A stretch of 64,000 nt of DNA from contig NZ_JMCB01000005.1 in the NCBI RefSeq assembly GCF_000737315.1, forward strand, positions 434,001 through 498,000, written 5' to 3'. Shown here piece after piece: positions 49,066 to 57,666 of this stretch; position 1 is the first letter of the stretch; each line of letters opens with the position of its first letter. Under the pieces are notes generated by a model. That model saw only the letters and a list, made by a program, of their open reading frames with translations, ran no database searches and was not told where the DNA came from. Position numbers and translations under genes: made by a program. This stretch comes from Hyalangium minutum. GTDB lineage: Bacteria; Myxococcota; Myxococcia; Myxococcales; Myxococcaceae.

Positions 49066-49955
49066 TATCGGTGCCCGTGAGCTGCGGCGTTGCGGAGTTG
49101 GATGAGAGTCTCAAGTAGCGTTCCAGACCGAACTAACTTCACGAGGTCGTCGAATGAGAGAGTTACCGAGATTGGCAGGTGAGCAGTAACCTCCGGAACT
49201 ACGTCGGGCATTGACGGATAGTAGACGAGTAACCCCGACCCGAGAGGTCGCCGAGCCAGCAGGAGCATCATCTGATGCTGCGCAGCGACAAGGTCGTCAC
49301 GCGTCGTGACCCGTTTCACTTCGACTAGAATTGGATTACCAAGGATCGACTGTGTCGCGTCGAACCAAGCCGCCAAGTCAATGTCGAGATCCCCATCTCG
49401 GGCCTGGCGCTGGACCATAGACGCACCCGCCTTACGCAGTAGTGCCTCTATAGCCTCCTCAACACGACTACCTTCTACTGCATCGCCTCGGGCGAGCGCG
49501 GTTACGATCCGCTCGGCTTCAGGGACCGAGCCGCCCTTCGGCTTCAGGCGACGCTGAGGCGCATCCTTACGAGTACGTCGCCGTGAGAGTGCGTTGTGCA
49601 ACTTCCACTCGAGGGTCTCCTCCTCGCCCTTCTGCAGGGCGATCAGGACCTCACCCTGTGCAACGAGGGGCACCGTGACTCGATCGTTCGCGGCAACCAG
49701 CACCACAGGTTTTTTGAGGGCTTTCGCAGCCCCGACCGCGTACCACAGAGCGGGCGGCTCCCCATCCTTGGAGACGTACGCGCAAACCGCGTCAGCACCA
49801 GCAATGGCCTGCATTAGCTCGACGGGGAACGGGGCTGCCACATGTGGAGACTCCCAGGTCACCTCGAACCCTGCTTTGCGCAGCCCCTCCACTAGTTCCG
49901 GTGGCGGTTCCGCCCCGCTTGATAGGAAGCACCGCTGAGGTCGTCTATTGCGCAA
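49065..49955 (-). CDS. TIR/nucleoside-deoxyribosyltransferase-like domain fused to PD-(D/E)XK-like domain
   Basis: GGAGG RBS then TTG 49955; CFLSS..AIAGADAVCAYVS..WYAVGAAKALKKPVVLV; DIDLAAW..GNPILVEVK. Confidence 0.6.
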   Translation of the reverse strand: MRNRRPQRCFLSSGAEPPPELVEGLRKAGFEVTWESPHVAAPFPVELMQAIAGADAVCAYVSKDGEPPALWYAVGAAKALKKPVVLVAANDRVTVPLVAQGEVLIALQKGEEETLEWKLHNALSRRRTRKDAPQRRLKPKGGSVPEAERIVTALARGDAVEGSRVEEAIEALLRKAGASMVQRQARDGDLDIDLAAWFDATQSILGNPILVEVKRVTTRDDLVAAQHQMMLLLARRPLGSGLLVYYPSMPDVVPEVTAHLPISVTLSFDDLVKLVRSGTLLETLIQLRNAAAHGHR

Positions 49956-50097
49956 ATTGGCCTCCAGTGAATCTATCCGTGTGGCTGCTTTCCGGCGGCT
50001 CGGAGGCGCGGTGGTACATGGCAACGAAGTCAAGCATGGGCGAACCCTACGCCCCCTGCGCGGCGGTTCGTGCTGGTGAAGCGAGAGGAGTGGGAAC

Positions 50098-51975
50098 TCA
50101 TCGACCACTCCCGATGCTAGGGAAGAGGCCATAGCGGCCCGCGTCCGACTTCGAGAAGTGATGATGCACGACGCCCCGCGAGAGGTCCGGGGGCGGCTCT
50201 TGGTTCTCGAGGACAATCACCTGCCCTGGACACAGATCTCCCGCGAGAGCACGGTAGAAAGCCTCCCTCACGCCGGCCTGCCGGAACCGGGCGCCGTCGG
50301 TGCCGGGCGAATCCGGATCCTTGTACGCCACCAGTGGTGAATCAAGAACGACCAGTCCCGGATGAGCGCGGCCACTCCGAGCGCAGTGACGCAAAATGCC
50401 TGTGATGAACGCTGCGCACGTCAACGCGCGAACGCCCTTGCCGTGTGAGGCCCGGTCCTGACCACCGATCACTAGGTCCTGCGCATCCTCAGAGAAGACT
50501 ACGCGTCCCGCTTCTGGGTAATTCCATGCAGAGAGAACTTGCTGGACATTGAGAGCAAAGGCTTCCATCTCCGATGTGCTGACCTTCGGCATTTCCAGCG
50601 TTGATGCTGCTCGCGTTCGCTTGGCCGCTGCTTCTGCGGTGGCCCGTCGCTTCCCAAGTTCGTCCAAGTGCTCGACGAGTGTGCGTGCGCGCAAGAGAAG
50701 ATCTCGGCGGGAATCCTGTTCCTTCATCTTCTCCGCAGAAGTTCGTGTTCGCGGCGCCAACTCCGTATCGATGCGCGATTGGAGAGCCCCCAGTTCGCTG
50801 CGGACACGCGTGCGAACCCCAGCCTTCTCCTCGTGCTCCACTCGGAGCTCATTGAGGACATCTTGAAGATCAGTACGGAGGCGTGCAGTCTTCTGGCGTT
50901 CCAGCGCCGCAGCGGACCGTACGCGCTCAAGACCAAAATGGTCGGCTGCGTCACTGGGCCGGTGAGCGGTCGGATCGGCACCGCATACAGGGCACGCCTT
51001 CGCAGGCATCTGCTCAAGCATCGAGCCTGTCTCCTGAATGGCCTCGAGCCGAGCTATGTCCATCTCATAGTGGCGGTCGAGCAGCTCGAAGCGCGCGATG
51101 AGCCCTTCGACGACAGTGATGCGAGATTCGGCCTCCCTGAGCGCGCGCCCAAGTTCGGCCCGCTCGCGCTCACGAGACACGAGCTCCACACGAGACGCTT
51201 CGTACTCCTTGAGGAGCTCTCTACGGGTGGCGTCGATGCGTTGCGTCTCTTCTTGGACAACCTCGGGTTGCACGCCGAGGCCGACGATCTCACTCCGCAC
51301 TTGCTCTTCCAGTTGGGCGAGCAATTCGGACTGCGCCTTGGCTGCTTTGGACGTCGTCTTCTTCGGGACGGCGATCGGCTCTGCCGACGGATGCCCCGTG
51401 ATTACTAGCCGGAGTACGTCGCCCTCGGCTGTTGCCTCTACTGGGCTCCCCGAGAGGTGCGGCGGCAACTCAGCGATGATGCGCGTCTCGTCGACGACAG
51501 CGAGGAATGCGATGTCACGGAAGCTCAGGGTTCGTGTCTCGCCCTTCTTGTTCTTCCGCACCTTCGTCGGCGTAAAGCCCGAGAGCGAGAGCAGGAAGGC
51601 CGACAGCGTCCGGTCGCTGTCAGCGCTGTGCTTGGCAGCGAGAAGTTGTTCGCTCTCGGTAGTCCCGTCCGCCCGGAGCAGGCGAACGATGGCGTCGCCT
51701 CCAGTGAGGCTGCGCTCGACTTGGTGACGGCGCTTCGATCCTCGTTCCTGCAGGACGACGAGAACGCGCTCGTAACCGGCCGCCGCTTGAATCTTCCTAG
51801 GCGGCTTCGACGCACCGAACGCAAAGTCAATCAGCTCGCCAAGAAACGACTTGCCGGTATCGGATGCGCCTTCGACAACGTTCAGCCCATCACGAAACAA
51901 GAGGTCGGCGTCGGGAAGACCTGTCCCCTTGACGGTGATGCGCTCGATGAAGAAGCCGCGCTCGTAGACGGTCAT
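50098..51975 (-). CDS. lmuB: ABC-three-component (Lamassu LmuB-like) SMC-type ATPase
   Basis: Walker A GASDTGKS, coiled coils, CPVC hook, SHGKG signature, VVLDSP; ATGA coupling. Confidence 0.82.
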   Translation of the reverse strand: MTVYERGFFIERITVKGTGLPDADLLFRDGLNVVEGASDTGKSFLGELIDFAFGASKPPRKIQAAAGYERVLVVLQERGSKRRHQVERSLTGGDAIVRLLRADGTTESEQLLAAKHSADSDRTLSAFLLSLSGFTPTKVRKNKKGETRTLSFRDIAFLAVVDETRIIAELPPHLSGSPVEATAEGDVLRLVITGHPSAEPIAVPKKTTSKAAKAQSELLAQLEEQVRSEIVGLGVQPEVVQEETQRIDATRRELLKEYEASRVELVSRERERAELGRALREAESRITVVEGLIARFELLDRHYEMDIARLEAIQETGSMLEQMPAKACPVCGADPTAHRPSDAADHFGLERVRSAAALERQKTARLRTDLQDVLNELRVEHEEKAGVRTRVRSELGALQSRIDTELAPRTRTSAEKMKEQDSRRDLLLRARTLVEHLDELGKRRATAEAAAKRTRAASTLEMPKVSTSEMEAFALNVQQVLSAWNYPEAGRVVFSEDAQDLVIGGQDRASHGKGVRALTCAAFITGILRHCARSGRAHPGLVVLDSPLVAYKDPDSPGTDGARFRQAGVREAFYRALAGDLCPGQVIVLENQEPPPDLSRGVVHHHFSKSDAGRYGLFPSIGSGR

Positions 51976-52457
51976 ACAACTTCGCTTTCCGGCAGCAGAT
52001 CCACGAATTCTGTCCGCCACCGCGACAGACTCGCTTCAAGAGTCTGGTGAAGCTCCCCGGCTTCAAGGAGCGCAAAGCTTGCGATGACCCACTCGGCACG
52101 TACGCGCAGGCGCTCGACATAGCCGGAGCGAAGGGCATCGAGGAAGGCACCTGCGCCGCTCTCTGCAGAGTAGGCGAATCCTGTCTCCACCAGGCTCTGC
52201 TGAACCAAGCCGCGGAACTTGTATAAACTCAAGCCCTCCTCGATGAGTGCTCGGCGAACGGCCACCTCACCGGAGCGGAGCGGGCTCGGCGGATGCAGAC
52301 TTTCGGGTCCACCGTCGATGTCTCCTGAGTGAACGAGGAAGTAGTCGAGCGTGACCAGTTGCTGGAGGTCGAGCGAATGCGGAGACGACTCTAGCAGCAA
52401 CACGAGTGCGCGGAGTCCTACCTCCACCGGGCCATTGAGGACGCGTGCAGAACTCAT
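51972..52457 (-). CDS. lmuC: ABC-three-component middle component (LmuC-like)
   Basis: NGPVEVGLRALVLL, LDYFLVHSGD, SLHPPSPLR.GE; ATGA overlaps on both sides. Confidence 0.78.
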   Translation of the reverse strand: MSSARVLNGPVEVGLRALVLLLESSPHSLDLQQLVTLDYFLVHSGDIDGGPESLHPPSPLRSGEVAVRRALIEEGLSLYKFRGLVQQSLVETGFAYSAESGAGAFLDALRSGYVERLRVRAEWVIASFALLEAGELHQTLEASLSRWRTEFVDLLPESEVV

Positions 52458-53533
52458 CGACGCCACCTCAATCGCAGATCGTTGGCGAGTTGGTGGCACA
52501 TCCCGCCTCGGTCGGAGGTTCGCGTGCGCGTAATAAGCGCGTTGGAAGTGATCTGGAGTCCCTTGGCGTGCTGCACGACGGCGAGCACGCGCGCCACCGC
52601 GTCTGTGTGGCCTGCCTGTTCGACGTCCACTACGCCGCTGTGAATCTCGTCGAGAAGGTCCTCGAACGTGCCGTGCGGAACGTTGTCGCGAGAGAACTCT
52701 CGAAGGGACTCCGCGCTATAGAACTCCCTGCGCGACCGAAAGAAGTGATCTCCCAACTCCTGATGGACGAGGTCCGTCGGCGAAGTCAGCGTCACACCGA
52801 GCCGGTGCTCATACGCATCAAGCAATGCGCGGACGTAGTTCGTTTCGTGCGAGCCAACGCCCGTGGGCGGCGCGGGCGGCGCGCCGCGCTCCGGCAACCC
52901 GCCGCCAAAACGAGCGACGTACCAAGGCGTCTTGCGGTGTTCTTCGATCAGCGTCAGTGGCGAAACCGCTGTCACGATGCTGAAGTTGAAGCCGTCGATG
53001 TGCCTCTTCAGACCGTCATCGAGCACGATCTCGCGGGTCGAGGTGATCTTCGTTCGACAGTGCTTGTCCCACGCATCGAGCAGGCCAGCACGAACTTCTT
53101 CCGGCTTGCGCAGCAGCTTCGAGAGCATGTTCCCTGCTCCTTGCGGAGCCACGAAACGGTAGCTCCTCGGCACGGAGTACTCACCGCTGAACGTGTAGAA
53201 AACCAGCTTACCGAGCTCGATCCAGACATCACTCGGAGCAAGCGCATGGTCGTAGTGCTTGCACTGGTAGTTGTCCCAAGGATCGTCGGCGGTCGCAGAC
53301 TCGAAAGCGATGACGTCGAGTCCCAGGTCGCCGCTGCTGGCGTGCTTCTCGACACGGGCGTACTTCTTCTTCAGCGAATGAACCCACTCAAGGACGAGGT
53401 CTTCCCAAGTCGCGGCCGACATGTGCCGGAGTCGCTCAAGCGGTGGCACAACGGGGCCCGCAGCCGCCACGTCCGGGCTGAGGGTAGACGCGGAAGGCGT
53501 GAGATTCGGTAGGGGCTTGGTCTTCAGCGCCAC
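52454..53533 (-). CDS. lmuA: ABC-three-component effector (LmuA-like): nuclease-like N-terminus plus CTD
   Basis: AAGGAG RBS then GTG; GDLGLDV..YQCKHY; C-terminal DRGGMCHQLAND. Confidence 0.8.
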   Translation of the reverse strand: MALKTKPLPNLTPSASTLSPDVAAAGPVVPPLERLRHMSAATWEDLVLEWVHSLKKKYARVEKHASSGDLGLDVIAFESATADDPWDNYQCKHYDHALAPSDVWIELGKLVFYTFSGEYSVPRSYRFVAPQGAGNMLSKLLRKPEEVRAGLLDAWDKHCRTKITSTREIVLDDGLKRHIDGFNFSIVTAVSPLTLIEEHRKTPWYVARFGGGLPERGAPPAPPTGVGSHETNYVRALLDAYEHRLGVTLTSPTDLVHQELGDHFFRSRREFYSAESLREFSRDNVPHGTFEDLLDEIHSGVVDVEQAGHTDAVARVLAVVQHAKGLQITSNALITRTRTSDRGGMCHQLANDLRLRWRR

Positions 53534-53624
53534 GGCAAGACTCCTTGACGAGCATCCATCGCGTGCTGCAGTCGCATGCAATGAAGATGCTCGGACCACG
53601 ACATAGCCTTGGCGCACGACGACA

Positions 53625-53813
53625 TCATCCCCGGCCTCCGCACGGTTTCAGGCTTACGCCGTCCGACAACCTCAACTCGCGCAGGGCCATCTTCGTTTCC
53701 CCGGCCTTCGACATCGTCGTGCCGCCGGGAGGCTCGACGTCTACCGTCGCGGTGAGCTTCAGGCCGCCGATGGTCGCGAAGCGCGAAAGGACCTTCTTGT
53801 AGAATTTCATCCA
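53625..53813 (-). pseudogene. C-terminal remnant of a DUF499-like AAA protein
   Basis: WMKFYKKVLSRFATIGGLKLTATVDVEPPGG..ETKMALREL resembles the DUF499 C-terminus as recalled; cut at the IS91 remnant. Confidence 0.5.
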
Positions 53814-53816
53814 CTT

Positions 53817-54303
53817 CTGCTCCCCAAGCAGGAGAGGAAGAGGCGAGCGTAACGCCCCAGGCGGCGGCCAGCAAGGAGCAGCAGAAGGAGAGGACGCCGC
53901 AAGTAGACCTGGCGGGGTTGCTCAGGAGGACTTTCGACTTCGACGTGTTCGCCTGCGTGAGGTGTGGAGGCAGGCGCCGGGTGTTGGCGTACGTGAAGGG
54001 AGCACGAGGGGTGCGCGCGACTCTGAAGCACCTGGGCCTGGCCACTGCAGGTGCGAGGCGAGCCCCGGCGCGAAGGCCACCCCAGGCAGCGTGGTGTTGA
54101 GGCGCTCAAGACAACCCACAGGCCCATCTCAGGCTCTTGCCGCGCCCTGATGGGAGGGCGGCCTGGGCAGCAGTGTGCCCTATGGGGGTGCTCGGCCCCC
54201 TACACGGGCCTGGCACACAGCTCGGGCGGCTCCCGTCCGCGGCCCGCCTCGGCCCCTCCGCTCCAGCCCTCTCCTTCAACCGGCCTCCCATTTTTCTTAT
54301 GCT
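53817..54303 (+). mobile_element. IS91-family transposase 3' remnant with downstream end region
   Basis: LLRRTFDFDVFACVRCGGRRRVLAYV..LKHLGL..APARRPPQ; possible oriIS-like end near 54285-54303. Confidence 0.7.
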
Positions 54304-54381
54304 CCGGCCAGTACCTCGTTATGTTGAGCCTGCGCGCTAGGTCGAAGAGTGCAGTGACCGCAAGAAAGCCTAGGGATTGCT

Positions 54382-55164
54382 ATGGAATCCTTTTCCAGAA
54401 GACACGGCTTGAACCGGCCAGATGCCGACATCAGCATCCGGTATGAGGCTCCGGACGAGGTGCGAGATGCAGCGATATCTATCGCGTATCAGTGTAAGCT
54501 GCAGCCTAGCGATGTAAGGCAAGTGCTTTGTGCATTGCTTTTCCGGGCGCCTGACTCGAACAACTGGTCTGAGTTTCCGAACGTGGACGGTGAGGTCCGC
54601 GATTTGATCCGCGATTGCGAGTGGTTCGAGGTCTATGACCTGATCGAGTTGCTTGCGGAACGTTGCGAGCGCCGGGGTTGCGACTTCGCTGGCGAGATCA
54701 ATCGCATGTTCCGCATCAAGGGCGTAGGCTGGCAACTTGTAGGCAATCGTCTCGAAGTTCGGGGCTCTGAGGCGTTCGAGCTTGCCGTCAAAGAGGGGCA
54801 GGCGGAGCTTTCCCGTCGGGGTAACAGCACCGCAGCAAACGAGCTGCATGAAGCCATCTTGGACCTCTCGAGGCGGCCAAGTCCAGAAGTGAGCGGTGCT
54901 ATCCAGCATGCGATGGCGGCGCTTGAATGCGTTGCGCGCGACGTATGTGGGAGCAAGGACACTCTGGGTGACTTGCTACGCCGAAACCCCGACTTGTTCC
55001 CCAAGCCTGTGGATCAAATCGTAGACAAGGCTTGGGGCTACACGTCGAACTACGGTCGACACCTCACAGAAGGGAAACCCCCCGCGTTCGATGAAGCGGA
55101 GCTTGTGGTCGGATTGAGCGGTGTGCTTTCCCGTTACTTGGCCCGCAGATTCCCGAAACAGTGA
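54382..55164 (+). CDS. AbiJ N-terminal-domain (NTD4-like) protein with Abi/HEPN-like C-terminus
   Basis: FSRRHG, CEWFEVYDLIE, AIQHAMAALECVAR, WGYTSNYGRH. Confidence 0.7.
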   Translation: MESFSRRHGLNRPDADISIRYEAPDEVRDAAISIAYQCKLQPSDVRQVLCALLFRAPDSNNWSEFPNVDGEVRDLIRDCEWFEVYDLIELLAERCERRGCDFAGEINRMFRIKGVGWQLVGNRLEVRGSEAFELAVKEGQAELSRRGNSTAANELHEAILDLSRRPSPEVSGAIQHAMAALECVARDVCGSKDTLGDLLRRNPDLFPKPVDQIVDKAWGYTSNYGRHLTEGKPPAFDEAELVVGLSGVLSRYLARRFPKQ

Positions 55165-55222
55165 TGGCACAGGACTTCCTCAAGCTGTATGGCTCGATCA
55201 AGCTCACTATGTCTGCGGCGGA

Positions 55223-55470
55223 CTGCTCCCCCAAGCAGGTGAGGAGGAGGCGAGAGCGGGGAAGGAGGCAGCGGCCAGAACGGAGCGGATGAAGCAGAGG
55301 ACGCCCCGAGTGGACTTTTGCCGAGTTGCTGAGGAGGACGTTGGACTTCGACGTGTTGGCCTGTGTGAGGTGTGGAGGCAGGCTTAAGGGTGTTGGCGTA
55401 CGTGAAGGGAGCACGCGGGGTGCGCGCGATTCTGAAGCACCTGGGGTTGCGCACGGCGAGTGCGCACCTG
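55223..55470 (+). mobile_element. Second, frameshifted IS91-family 3' remnant
   Basis: Homologous to 53817-54050; starts at the same ctgctcccc(c)aagcagg. Confidence 0.7.
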
Positions 55471-55524
55471 GGCTGCTGGCTCGGTAAAAGCCCACGAGGA
55501 TGGCGGCCCCGCAGCCCTTGGCGT

Positions 55525-55947
55525 TCAGCGCCCCGGCAGAAGTAAGGTGACCAACCGCGCCAGTGCCTTGATCCTCGGACTGTCCAGGCGAGCGAGGAGG
55601 CGCAAGAGGCGGCGCTTCTCGGGCGTGTCACTCAGGCCGGGGGGCACCGTGTTTGCCCCGGGGGCACTCTGCTCCGGATCCACCCCGGCAAACCCCATCA
55701 GTTCATTTGGTCCGCTGCCGAGAATCAGGCACATGCGCAACAGCGTTGGAACGCTCGGCAGCACGCCCCCCCGCTCCATGCGCCCGTACACCTCGGGAGC
55801 GATGCCGATGCCCTCGGCTGCTTCAGCTTGAGTCATGCCTGCCCGCTTGCGTGCCTGCTTCAAGGCCGCGCTCAGGGTGACGGGTAACCGGCGCTGCCGG
55901 ATCTCGATGTGTCGCGGCAGTGGGGAGGGCTTGCGGTTACGCTCCAT
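55525..55947 (-). CDS. XRE-family HTH regulator
   Basis: LKQARKRAGMTQAEAAEGIGIAPEVYGRMERG..PSVPTL. Confidence 0.88.
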   Translation of the reverse strand: MERNRKPSPLPRHIEIRQRRLPVTLSAALKQARKRAGMTQAEAAEGIGIAPEVYGRMERGGVLPSVPTLLRMCLILGSGPNELMGFAGVDPEQSAPGANTVPPGLSDTPEKRRLLRLLARLDSPRIKALARLVTLLLPGR

Positions 55948-56134
55948 GGGGCGCCGGGAGCGTGCAGCGGCGGGAGGTTTCGCGGGGGCTCTTGGCATAC
56001 GGAACCTGCGGGCGTTGTCCTGTCGGACGGGTGAAGGCCCCAAGGGCCAGCGGCGGACGGCGAGGGTCAGAGGGGAGACGCCACGACGCCGAAGCAGGGC
56101 CTGCGGGGAGCGTGAGAGCGGGCGCGGCGGGTAG

Positions 56135-57334
56135 CTAGGGAGTGCTGTCCCGCTCGTTGATGATGTCCTCTTCCGTCACCATGTTGGGCGGTAGCTGGCT
56201 CTCGCTCGTGGGCCCGAGAACGCCCCGGCTCATGCTGGCCCCCGTCAGAGAGAGCAGCACCTCGTCTAGCGCCTCCTTGGGCCCGTAGGGGGCTCCTAGC
56301 GCAGCAAGGCCCGCCCGAAGTTCCGCCTCCACTTCAGCCGCCGACTGATAGCGATCTTCCGGGCTCCGCTGGATCAACCTGCGGACGATGGCGCGCAGCG
56401 GGTGCGCCAGCGGCTGGGTGAGCTCGTCCACTTCTTCCCGGGTGAACGTGGCAGCCCGCAGGATGCAGTCTTCGGCATGGTCCGGTAGGTCTGCCTCCAT
56501 GGCCGTCATCGCCGCGTCCAGAACCTTCCCCTTTACCTTCTCCGTTAGCGCCTCCTCCAAGTCGTCGGGCCGCACGGTGGCGGTGCTGTAGAGGTGTCGC
56601 CACGTGGCCAGTTCCAGCAGCACCAACCCCAGTGAGAACAGATCCGAGCGCGGATCCGTCTCCTCGCAGAGCAACGCCTCGGGGGAGCAATAGAACACGT
56701 CGCCTTGAGGGCGCGGCAGCGTCGTTGCCACGCGGCCCGGTAGCAGGGAGCGCGCGCGGGCAAAGTCCGTCAGTATCACCCCTCCCTCTGGCTCCAGGAA
56801 GATGCGGGCGGGGTTCAAGTCCCGATGAACGATGCCCAGCGGGGCGCCGTTCTCGTCCTTGCAGGTGTGTGCGTAGTGCAGGGCTCCCGCGACTTCGGCG
56901 CCCACGTAGAGGCAGAACGCCGGGGAGAGGAGTTTCTCGCGCATCTGCGAGTAGGTGATCAGGGTGTTGAGCGATGTGCCCTCTACACGGTCAGACACGA
57001 TGTAGAGAACGCCTTGGACTTCGTAGGGCCCGAGGGTGCGGGCGATTCTCGGGTGTTGCAGGTACGTGGCGAGGTGCGCCTCTTCCCGGAGCCGCGCGCG
57101 CATCCTTTCCAGCGTTTCGGGCTCGTCTGACGACATGGGCGACAGAGAGCGGACGATGACTTCCCGCAGGCGCTTCTTCTCGGTGCGCTCCCAGGCTGGG
57201 ACGGTCATTTCCCCGAGCCTGGATTGCGCCAACTCTTCGACCAACGGAGGCGACAGATCCACCTCATACGAGAGATCGCCGTGAGAGAAGAGAATCACCC
57301 CCGGGACGCTCCAGGGTTGGCGAGAAGTAGCCAT
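56135..57334 (-). CDS. Ser/Thr kinase-like protein, probable pseudokinase
   Basis: HRDLNPARI, DFA, YCSPE, DLFSLG; no Gly-rich loop; beta3 Lys apparently replaced (VIVR). Confidence 0.8.
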   Translation of the reverse strand: MATSRQPWSVPGVILFSHGDLSYEVDLSPPLVEELAQSRLGEMTVPAWERTEKKRLREVIVRSLSPMSSDEPETLERMRARLREEAHLATYLQHPRIARTLGPYEVQGVLYIVSDRVEGTSLNTLITYSQMREKLLSPAFCLYVGAEVAGALHYAHTCKDENGAPLGIVHRDLNPARIFLEPEGGVILTDFARARSLLPGRVATTLPRPQGDVFYCSPEALLCEETDPRSDLFSLGLVLLELATWRHLYSTATVRPDDLEEALTEKVKGKVLDAAMTAMEADLPDHAEDCILRAATFTREEVDELTQPLAHPLRAIVRRLIQRSPEDRYQSAAEVEAELRAGLAALGAPYGPKEALDEVLLSLTGASMSRGVLGPTSESQLPPNMVTEEDIINERDSTP

Positions 57335-57666
57335 GTGGGATCGGCTCCTGGCAGCACGCGAAAGGGCGCCGCGCAACGGAGGGAAACACTACCTGGCATG
57401 TGCAGGGACATGGAACGATGCCCAAGGTTAGACGCGGCGCGATCTCTGGCTACAGCATCAGCGGAACGCCCCGGCAGGCCCACCTCGATGCGGGAGGGAG
57501 CCACCAGGCCAACTTCTCCTAGCCGACGCGCGGGAAGGCTCCACGGGCAGCAGGCCCACCTCGACGCGTGAGGGCTACACGGACCCAGCAGGCGAGCCTG
57601 GACGTGTGAGGGCTTCACCGAGCCCGCTGCGCCTGTCCGACACTCACGTGCTCTATCGGGCCTGCC

